The notes under the pieces were generated by a model. It saw nothing but the letters and a program-made list of their open reading frames with translations, was not told the origin of the DNA and made no database searches. A stretch of 64,000 bases of DNA from an uncultured Clostridia bacterium (GTDB taxonomy: Bacteria > Bacillota > Clostridia > Christensenellales > UBA1242): assembly GCA_944383915.1 (NCBI GenBank), contig CALWRJ010000010.1:73178-137177 (forward strand). Reading direction: 5' to 3'. The position numbers and the translations under genes were made by a program. Below, one piece after another: positions 56,810 through 64,000 of the stretch (its first letter is position 1; every line of letters starts with the position of its first letter).

Positions 56810-56873
56810 TATCGATATTTTATATAATTATCAAGCAAAGATAGACAAATTTTTGTAAAAATGGGAGTTTATT

Positions 56874-59800
56874 ATGTTTTCAACATTAGGTGCTGATGCA
56901 GTAAATGCAATTGTTAACTTTATAGGAGACCTCTTAGGAAGTTTAACTTTTGACCAATTATTTTATATTTTTGTCGGTATTATTGCTGGCATTATCTTAA
57001 TTAGCGGTATTCGTCTTATTTGGTGTTATGAAAACCGCGCTATTAGGGCGATGCGAAGCGTCAACAAGTATTTAAAGAACAATCCAAAAGTTACCGATGA
57101 TAATTTAGTTGAGTTCCATAGTAAGATGAAACAACTTCCGCGCCGTATGCGTGACCGTTGGCAACTTTTTATGCTTGAGCGCGAAGGGAGTCCTAGTAGG
57201 TATATGACTGTTGAATACTGTGTTAAGCGTCCCTTATATAACAGTGCAGTTTTGATGAGCCAAAAACAAGTTTGGTATTTATCTATAATTTTGGCAATTT
57301 TAGGCTTTATTTTTGGGCTTTCAAACATTTCAATTAATGGACTAGGGGCTGACCTTGCGGGGATTTTACTTAACTCATTTGTTATCCCTGCCATTGTGCT
57401 AATTTTAGGTAGTATCTATGTAATGATTTTGCAAATTAGATACAACGCAATCAACCACGACTTTTACGATATGTTTACAAACTTTGTCCGCAATATCGAC
57501 AAAGCCACAAACACGATGCCAGATTATGTAGACTACGAACTCCTATTTACCAAAAAAGAAATCAACAAAGGTATTCCTGTTTTGCGTGAGTACCTAGAAA
57601 AGCGCGCTATGGAGGAGCAAAGACTTCTTGAAAAAGCAAAAAGGGAAGAGGTTAACCACAGCCCGTACGACTTTTCAAGTCTTGGCGTAAACGGTGCGCA
57701 ACTTATTGAACGCGCGGTAAACGAGAGTGAGCAATTCTTGACGCACAAAATTCAACTTCAAAATGAAATTAATGACCTCGAAAAGCAAGTGCAAAAGTCT
57801 GATGCCAATATGGAGGACATCGAGCGCGAGGCAAACAAGAAATTGCAGGCAATTAAGGAAAACCTCGAAAGACTTGATAAGGCTATGAACGAAACTACAA
57901 ACCGTGTAGAAATTAGTTATAACCGCCGTCAAGCATCTGCCGAGATGGACAAAAAACTAATGCTAGAAAAAGACCTCGAGAATATGTTAAACAAGGAAAA
58001 AGTTGCGCAAGATGCCCTAAAAGTTGAGATTCAAAAGCGCAAAGAGGAAATCGAGGAAAACAAAAAAGAAGTCGAGGAAGCGCTCAAATCGGAGTACGAT
58101 ACTTTTGCTACCAAAGTTTATGACGAGTTAAACGAGAAAATTACGCGCGATAACTCGGAGCAGTTGCACGAAATGGAAATGACTATCGCGCGCTTAAAGG
58201 CGAAGGTAAAAGAGTTTACTCGCGATATCGAAAAGAAAGATTCTCTAATTGAGGCGCGAAACCTTGAACTTGACAATATGCGCCAGCAAGTTAGCAAGCA
58301 AAAAGGAAAATCGAAGTCCAAAAAAGACTTTGGGCAAGATTATATAAAGGCGCAAGACAATGTGCCAGAAGGGACTATTAATGCGGTGCAAGTCGACTAC
58401 AACGACACCGTTCCGCAAGAAAATCAAGTGGCTGAAATTCAAAATGCTGAAAACTATGCGCAACCTAACGAGCAGTACGATTCTAGCATTTATCAGCCGA
58501 CTGAACCGCAGTACGATGTGCCACCACAAGACAATCAGCCCGACTATGCAGGGTATGACCAATATAATCAGCCTTATGACAATTCGCAATACAACGGCGA
58601 GTACACAGAAGGCGCTCCATATAATTATGACGGGCAACAATATGCGGAAAATGGCGAGCCGTATAATTACGAAATGCCACAGGGTGACGCTCAACCTGTT
58701 GAAAATGGTGAGCAAAATGGTGAAAATGGCGATTTAAATAGCGGACAGGGCGAGTTGCAACCTGAAAATGCGCAAAACTTTGACAATCAAAACGCAAATT
58801 ACGATGCGCAAAACTATGATGTAAATGGCTATTACGACCAAAACAATGTTGATTATAACAATCAATATGGACAGCCTTACCAAGACGCGCAAAATTATTA
58901 CGCACCGACTGACCAAACTGGAGAGCAGGGCGGAATTTATATGCCCGAGGACACAACCGATTTCAGCGTTGCGGAAAATCAAGCAAATGACGGACAACAG
59001 TACGCAGAAAATGGCGAAAATGCGCCTGTGGAAAATGTTGCGTCACAAGAAAATATCGAAGGTGTGCCTGCTGATAATGTTGCGCCACAAAATGTTGGTG
59101 ACGCAAACGGCGAGCAACCTGTTGAATTAACTCCTGAAAGCGCTCAACAACAAGCGGGAAGTGATGAACTTGTCGTAAGTGACGAAAATGTTAGCCTAGA
59201 CAATTCGGCTAACGCAAATACTGACACTGTAAATCTCGACAGCGACACCATTTCTCTTGACGAAGCGCCCGTTTCATTGGACGAGCAATCACCTGTTTCT
59301 CTTGATGAAAAGGCAAATAAAGAAAACGAGAGCGAAACAATTTCGCTTGACGAAAGCGCTACTGAACCTAAAAATGAAGCAAAAGAGAGCGAGCAAGCCG
59401 AAGTTAGTCTTGACGAAAAGAAAGACAGTGACGAGATAAAACCAGCAAAGAAAACGACTGCTAAAAAGTTTACTGACGGTAAGTCTAAATCTAGCGACAC
59501 TGAAAGCGAGAAAAAAGACGAGAAAGCAGACAAAGACGAGAAGGGAAGCGTTAAGGACGACAAAGCCGAAAAAGACGATTCTTTAAACGATGACGACAAA
59601 GGCAAAAAGGCAGATAAGGATGCCGACAAGCAAGAGCCAAAAGAGAGTAAGAAAAAATATGTAGAAAATGACGATTTGGAGGCTTTGCAGAAAAAGATTG
59701 AGGAGGAAAACGCTAGATTAAAGAAACAGCAAGAGGAGTTGCGCGCTCAAATTGATAAGACTTTGGCAACTATGGAAAAAGCCGAAAACGCGACTAAAGC

Positions 59801-59966
59801 CGAACGCACTCGTAATATTAAGAAAATTAAAGAAATGATTGCAAAACTTAAAGAGGAGGCGGAAACAGCAAAGGCGCGCGGAGCAAGCAAGACTCAAATT
59901 AATAAAATTAATAAGTCCGCTGCCGAACTTTTGAAAGTCCTAGCAGACTATCAATCTAAAAAATAG
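56874..59966 (+). CDS. large membrane-anchored coiled-coil protein with Q/N/Y/D-rich and (V/I)SLDE-repeat low-complexity regions
   Basis: GGGAG RBS. 4-5 N-terminal TM helices, ~300-aa coiled coil, prion-like Q/N/Y segment, seven [VI]-[SN]-L-D repeats, K/D/E tail. Confidence 0.6.
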   Translation: MFSTLGADAVNAIVNFIGDLLGSLTFDQLFYIFVGIIAGIILISGIRLIWCYENRAIRAMRSVNKYLKNNPKVTDDNLVEFHSKMKQLPRRMRDRWQLFMLEREGSPSRYMTVEYCVKRPLYNSAVLMSQKQVWYLSIILAILGFIFGLSNISINGLGADLAGILLNSFVIPAIVLILGSIYVMILQIRYNAINHDFYDMFTNFVRNIDKATNTMPDYVDYELLFTKKEINKGIPVLREYLEKRAMEEQRLLEKAKREEVNHSPYDFSSLGVNGAQLIERAVNESEQFLTHKIQLQNEINDLEKQVQKSDANMEDIEREANKKLQAIKENLERLDKAMNETTNRVEISYNRRQASAEMDKKLMLEKDLENMLNKEKVAQDALKVEIQKRKEEIEENKKEVEEALKSEYDTFATKVYDELNEKITRDNSEQLHEMEMTIARLKAKVKEFTRDIEKKDSLIEARNLELDNMRQQVSKQKGKSKSKKDFGQDYIKAQDNVPEGTINAVQVDYNDTVPQENQVAEIQNAENYAQPNEQYDSSIYQPTEPQYDVPPQDNQPDYAGYDQYNQPYDNSQYNGEYTEGAPYNYDGQQYAENGEPYNYEMPQGDAQPVENGEQNGENGDLNSGQGELQPENAQNFDNQNANYDAQNYDVNGYYDQNNVDYNNQYGQPYQDAQNYYAPTDQTGEQGGIYMPEDTTDFSVAENQANDGQQYAENGENAPVENVASQENIEGVPADNVAPQNVGDANGEQPVELTPESAQQQAGSDELVVSDENVSLDNSANANTDTVNLDSDTISLDEAPVSLDEQSPVSLDEKANKENESETISLDESATEPKNEAKESEQAEVSLDEKKDSDEIKPAKKTTAKKFTDGKSKSSDTESEKKDEKADKDEKGSVKDDKAEKDDSLNDDDKGKKADKDADKQEPKESKKKYVENDDLEALQKKIEEENARLKKQQEELRAQIDKTLATMEKAENATKAERTRNIKKIKEMIAKLKEEAETAKARGASKTQINKINKSAAELLKVLADYQSKK

Positions 59967-60021
59967 TCGCTAAAGTTAGTTAAATAAACTTAAAAAAGTA
60001 ACTTATTAATAGCGAAAAATA

Positions 60022-60057
60022 AAAGAACTTATCTAAATGTGGATAAGTTCTTTTTTT
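60022..60057 (+). terminator. rho-independent terminator
   Basis: agaacttatc / gataagttct stem plus T7. Confidence 0.7.
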
Positions 60058-60128
60058 GATTGATGTAAAATTAGTCAAATAAAAACTGTTTTGCTTTTTA
60101 AATAATTTCCCCGTGTCGCTTTTCGTGT

Positions 60129-60446
60129 TTAGAGTAGGGTGTCTAAATCGGCTCTGTATTTTTTTAAATCAACGCGCCCGCGCCAAATTTCGACTCCCTC
60201 GGCTAATAATTTTTTAGCCTGCATATTTGAGCCACCAAACGCATAGTTTGGCGCAAGACGACCAGCACTATTTACGACCCTATGACACGGAATATTTATA
60301 GGGTCTGTGTTTGAGTGTAGCGCGTTTCCAACCGCACGCGCACCGCCATTCACTCCAACCGCGCGCGCAATGTCGCCATATGTCGAAACTTTGCCTTTTG
60401 GTATTTTTGCCACCACTTTAAAAACTCGTTCTCTAAAATTTTCCAT
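60129..60446 (-). CDS. MGMT-family protein (methylated-DNA-protein-cysteine methyltransferase DNA-binding domain only)
   Basis: IPKGKVSTYGDIA...IPCHRVV with the PCHR active-site motif. ATG at 60446 preferred over the listed TTG at 60461. No clear RBS for either. Confidence 0.8.
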   Translation of the reverse strand: MENFRERVFKVVAKIPKGKVSTYGDIARAVGVNGGARAVGNALHSNTDPINIPCHRVVNSAGRLAPNYAFGGSNMQAKKLLAEGVEIWRGRVDLKKYRADLDTLL

Positions 60447-60466
60447 AGTAAGAGTATACAATAAAA

Positions 60467-61082
60467 ATTAGGAATTAGCAAGCAACTCGCTATGCGAGAA
60501 TTAGCAATTAGCAGGTAGCAATTAGCAGTCTTACTCGCTACGCTCAAATTAGCAATTAGCAATCTTACTTGCTTCGCAAGAATTAGCAATGAGCAATTAG
60601 CAATTAGCAGTTGTTGTGCGCGTGCGCGCAAGCATATGTGCGTAGCGCAATTTTGAATTTTGAATTTTGAATTATTGCAGGAATATCTAATAATTTTTTG
60701 CTCTTTTTAAACCATTTGCAAATTTTAGAACATTTGTTCGTTGGTACAAATAAAGTATTAACTTATAAATTAAGCACATTAAAACCTATGTTAATTAATA
60801 AATTAATTATAGTACTATGAGAGTTTTACTCTCATGATATTTCCTTGATTTTTAGTGGTAGTACTTTTAATTGTTGTTTGTTATAAAGCTATGAGAGTTT
60901 TACTCTCATCGCTATAAGTTAAATTAGGAATTAGTAATTAGGAATTTTGGTCGCTGACGCTCGAATTTTGAATTTTGAATTAGGAATTATGGCTAGAAAA
61001 TATTTAAAAATATTTTTAAATGCTTGCGCGCACGCGCACAACAACTGCTAATTGCTAATTGCTAATTCGCAACGAAGTTGCG
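60467..61082. repeat. mosaic repeat island D, left part
   Basis: Hairpins CTCGC-TAT-GCGAG (60486), CTTGC-TTC-GCAAG (60568) and CGCAAC-GAA-GTTGCG (61068). Also (AATTAGC)n arrays, GC module at 60611-60648, (GAATTTT)n at 60650 and 60964, two copies of ctatgagagttttactctcat at 60816 and 60889, and (GCTAATT)3 at 61046. Confidence 0.9.
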
Positions 61083-61110
61083 GAAAGCGCAGCCGAAAGG
61101 CGAAGCGTAA

Positions 61111-61209
61111 AAAAACAACCTAAAAACAACCGAAATTCAACCGAAAAACAACCTAAAAACAACCCAAATTCAACCCAAAAACAACCCAAAAACAACCCAA
61201 AAACAACCA
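61111..61209. repeat. tandem array, 9 x 11 nt (AAAWWCAACCN)
   Basis: Units counted base by base: aaaaacaacct, aaaaacaaccg, aaattcaaccg, and so on. Confidence 0.9.
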
Positions 61210-61463
61210 ATTGAAAATGAAATCGTGATCGTAAACGGAAATTCCGAACGATAAAAAAAATAAAAACTTTCTCTCTTTCTATGGCTTGTTGGGTGGCGAT
61301 AAAATGCTAATCTAATATTTATAATAATTTTAAATTTTAGTGGTGATAAAAACTTGTTAAAACAGTTTTAATGGATTTCATTTATATCACTTTTTAGAAA
61401 TATAATTCTAAATTTTTCGTCTATGAATGAATGGCTTTAATATAATCTAAATCACTTACAAAA

Positions 61464-61595
61464 AACCAAGAAAATAACCAAGAATAAAACCAGCAACATA
61501 ACCAGAGAAACAACCAGAGAAACAACCAAGAAAACAACCAGAGAAACAACCAAGAAAACAACCAGAAAAACAACCAGAGAAACAACCAGAAAAAC
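61464..61595. repeat. tandem array, 11 x 12 nt (AACCAGAGAAAC-like)
   Basis: Units counted base by base. Followed by a GGAAA-rich run and a ~60-bp tail shared with the 61111 array. Confidence 0.9.
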
Positions 61596-61740
61596 AACCA
61601 AAGGAAAAGGGAAACGGAAAGGAAAACGGAAACGGAAATTCCGAACGATAAATAAATAAAAACTTTCTCTCTTTCTATGCTTTGCGGTGGGGGAGAATAA
61701 AAAATCTTGTACAACAACATAATTATTACTCGCTACGCTC

Positions 61741-61855
61741 GAATTTTGAATTTTGAATTAGGAATTAAGGCTGAAATTATTAAATATAATATAATTTTAT
61801 ACTCATCCTTAACTGCTAATTGCTACCTGCTAATTGCTAATTCTCGCAAAGCGAG
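61741..61855. repeat. mosaic element copy (GAATTTT array - AAGGCTGAAAT core - GCTAATT array - CTCGC-AAA-GCGAG hairpin)
   Basis: The core aaggctgaaattattaaatataatataattttatactca is nearly identical to 46161-46199. Confidence 0.85.
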
Positions 61856-61874
61856 CAAACCGAATGGCTCAGCG

Positions 61875-62942
61875 TTAAGCAAAGTTTTCTAGTTTTAATC
61901 TTACTTCCTCTTTGTGTAGGGCATCGAGCATTTCGTCAATGTCGCCCTGCATAAAGTTGTTTATCGAGTGTAGACTCAAGCCTATTCTGTGGTCGGTAAC
62001 GCGGTCTTGCGGGAAGTTGTAAGTGCGAATGCGTTCACTTCTATCCCCAGTGCCTACTTGACTTTTTCGCTGTTGTGCGTTTTCATTAATTGCTTTTTGA
62101 CGCGCCATATCCTCTAGTTTTGCGCGCAAAATTTTCATCGCGCGGTCTTTATTTTTAATTTGACTTCGCTCGTCTTGGCAAGTTACGACAATTCCAGTTG
62201 GCAAGTGCGTTATGCGAATGGCGGAGTCGGTCGTGTTAACCCCTTGTCCACCGTGCCCGCCTGCGCGGTATGTGTCGATGCGCAAATCTTTGTCGTTAAT
62301 ATCAACATCGCTTTCCTCGACTTCAGGTAAAACTGCCACGGTAACGGTGCTTGTATGCACGCGCCCTTGCGATTCGGTCTCTGGCACTCGTTGAACGCGA
62401 TGCACACCGCTTTCCCATTTAAGAGCGCGGTAAGCCCCAACACCATCGACAAGCATTACGCCTTCTTTAAGTCCGCCAACTTCAGTTTCGCTGTACTCAA
62501 TAACCTCAACTTTCCACCCTTTTTTATCAGCATAACGGCGGTACATATTAAATAATTCCGCGCCAAAAAGCGATGCTTCATCACCACCAGCGGCTGGCCT
62601 AACTTCGATATAAACACTGTTGTCATCGTTCTTATCTTTCGGCAAAAGCATTATTCTAGCCTCGTCCTCAAGCCTTTCAATTTCCGCGCTCGCCTCGTCC
62701 TTTTCGACTTGCGCCATCTCGCTCAATTCAGCGTCCGTACTTTCCCCTAAAACAGCAACCGCCGAATCCAGTTTTGCCTTCGCCTTCTCGTATTTTTCGT
62801 ACAAATCATTGTATTCGCTAAGTGCAGAATGTTCTTTTGCGATTTTTGTGTATTGCGCTAAATCGGCAATAACATTAGGGTCGCACATTTTTTCGCCTAA
62901 CTCTTTGTATTTTTGTACGAATGGTAAAATTTTTTCAATCAT
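61875..62942 (-). CDS. prfA: peptide chain release factor 1
   Basis: PxT-type domain and RAGGHGGQGVNTTDSAIRITHLPTG GGQ motif. 355 aa. Confidence 0.95.
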   Translation of the reverse strand: MIEKILPFVQKYKELGEKMCDPNVIADLAQYTKIAKEHSALSEYNDLYEKYEKAKAKLDSAVAVLGESTDAELSEMAQVEKDEASAEIERLEDEARIMLLPKDKNDDNSVYIEVRPAAGGDEASLFGAELFNMYRRYADKKGWKVEVIEYSETEVGGLKEGVMLVDGVGAYRALKWESGVHRVQRVPETESQGRVHTSTVTVAVLPEVEESDVDINDKDLRIDTYRAGGHGGQGVNTTDSAIRITHLPTGIVVTCQDERSQIKNKDRAMKILRAKLEDMARQKAINENAQQRKSQVGTGDRSERIRTYNFPQDRVTDHRIGLSLHSINNFMQGDIDEMLDALHKEEVRLKLENFA

Positions 62943-63760
62943 TTTTTACTCCTTGCAATTACAAATCTATCAAAACCATAATAATCACTCATAATGTCGC
63001 AGTCAAAATTTTTATTTAAAATTTCAGCCACCGCGTCTGCTTGAAAATCGCCGACTTCGAGATACATAACACCGCCCGAATTTAAAAATTTGGGGGCTTC
63101 TGCGCTTAATTTTTTATAAAAATCAAGTCCATCGACACCACCAAAAAGGGCGCTACTCGGCTCGTAGTCTTTTACGCTTTTCGGCAAATTTTCAATTTCT
63201 TTTTCGCTCAAATATGGCGGATTGCAAACGATGATATCAAAAGTCCCTGTTACGCGCTCAAACATATCGCCAGACACAAAATCGACCTGTGCAAAGTTGG
63301 CTAGCGCATTTTGGCGCGCCACACTCAACGCTTTTTCGCTTATATCTGTTGCCAAAACGAATGCGTCAAGATTTTTTGCTAGTGCAACCGCGATGCAACC
63401 ACTACCTGTGCACATATCGAGGATTTTAGTCGGCACGCCCTCGTATTCGTTAATAATATAGTCGCAGAGTTGCTCCGTTTCGCTTCGTGGAATCAAAACA
63501 TCAGGGGTAACCTTAATTTCGCAGTTTACAAAAGGCACAGTACCTAAAATATATCCTAGCGGTTCGCCTGATTTTAGTCTTTTTAAATCGCGCTTAATCT
63601 CGTTCTGGTCCTTTGTGGAGATAACCTTGCTCCCCCATTCGATAGGCTCGCTTTTTAATTTTTCAACAATAAGCCAACCAAAATCGCGCGCCTGATTTTT
63701 ATCTAAATCTTTGTTATTTTCTGTAAAAAAATCTTTTATCGTCAATTCGTCTTGCTCCAT
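62939..63760 (-). CDS. prmC: release-factor glutamine N5-methyltransferase PrmC/HemK
   Basis: LDMCTGSGCIAV SAM motif and VCNPPY catalytic motif. ATGA overlap with the prfA start. Confidence 0.9.
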   Translation of the reverse strand: MEQDELTIKDFFTENNKDLDKNQARDFGWLIVEKLKSEPIEWGSKVISTKDQNEIKRDLKRLKSGEPLGYILGTVPFVNCEIKVTPDVLIPRSETEQLCDYIINEYEGVPTKILDMCTGSGCIAVALAKNLDAFVLATDISEKALSVARQNALANFAQVDFVSGDMFERVTGTFDIIVCNPPYLSEKEIENLPKSVKDYEPSSALFGGVDGLDFYKKLSAEAPKFLNSGGVMYLEVGDFQADAVAEILNKNFDCDIMSDYYGFDRFVIARSKK

Positions 63761-63827
63761 TTTTTGATTTAAAAATTTAAATTTGTTTTTATTTTATAAT
63801 TTATTTGATACTTTTTTGGCTTAAAAA

Positions 63828-64000
63828 TTCCCGCTACGCGAAAACATTTAAGCAAAGTAAACAAATTTTATTAATTTCAGCCACAATTCCTAATTTCTAA
63901 TTTCTAATTCCTAATTATCTTTGCACTCCGTGCAGGGCGGGGATAGAGCCCCCGCTGGCTCGATAGCGCGCAAGCGCGCGTACTTTATCGCTGGCGCTCA
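63828..64000. repeat. mosaic repeat island E (runs off the window)
   Basis: attcccgctacgcg at 63828, (TAATTNC)4 at 63886-63916, and a three-hairpin GC module at 63921-64000 homologous to 45855-45935. Confidence 0.85.

Noticed and set aside
60038-60046. Perfect DnaA-box sequence TGTGGATAA
   Set aside because: It is a single occurrence forming part of a terminator stem-loop. There is no cluster, no dnaA, and no AT-rich unwinding element context.
60350-60631. 93-aa ORF with repeated LLIAN motifs
   Set aside because: It is a translation of the (AATTAGC)n heptamer arrays and hairpins. It overlaps the MGMT gene 5' end in another frame and has no RBS.
61421-61720. 99-aa minus-strand ORF encoding a (W-L-F-x)n repeat protein
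   Set aside because: It is simply the translation of the 12-nt tandem array. The paralogous array at 61111-61209 has an 11-nt period and no ORF, so the conserved feature is the nucleotide repeat, not a protein.

Overview
This is a chromosomal segment from a low-GC, Gram-positive-type bacterium. The gene content looks Bacillota/Clostridia-like, but taxonomy cannot be fixed from sequence alone.

The left two thirds (1-43 kb) is mostly ordinary housekeeping and accessory coding sequence:
- DUF1667 protein, and an OmpR-type response regulator with its histidine kinase
- HelD-like helicase, nrdR, feoAB, and der followed by two tandem plsY paralogs
- a solitary dnaN, a tetR-degV pair, and a SpoU/TrmH methyltransferase
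- YhhN, an SPFH/Zn-ribbon protein, and DUF1858
- an amidase with PG-binding repeats, a CPC-type heavy-metal P-type ATPase, DUF2804, MscS and a U32 peptidase
- tRNA-Arg(ACG), and a MerR-flavodoxin pair with a textbook 19-bp-spacer MerR promoter
- many orphan proteins, several with long K/E/N-rich low-complexity tails

The right third (43-64 kb) carries a Zn-metallopeptidase, addB-addA, a 1030-aa membrane/coiled-coil protein, an MGMT-family protein and prmC-prfA.

The most unusual signal is non-coding. From about 43.2 kb onward, every operon boundary is filled by islands of a modular (BOX/BIME-like) repeat family. The modules are:
- AATT-phased heptamer arrays (GCTAATT, GAATTTT, TAATTNC)
- 13-nt triloop hairpins that vary by compensatory changes
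- GC-rich multi-hairpin modules
- TGCATAGTAC motifs
- a conserved AT-rich core

Two element copies form 62-bp perfect inverted repeats around a 4-gene cassette. A 1.4-kb gene-free stretch holds two paralogous arrays of 11- and 12-nt tandem repeats, each followed by the same ~60-bp tail.

Other points worth a second look:
- a 5'-half copy of tRNA-Arg followed by a strongly structured spacer
- an 8 x 21-bp tandem array
- a Cys-rich metallothionein-like tail on a DUF1858 protein
- a recurring [VI]-[NS]-L-[DN] peptide motif in several unrelated tails

I found no CRISPR array, rRNA, transposase, integrase or recognisable defence genes. All coordinates and alignments were done by eye and need computational confirmation.
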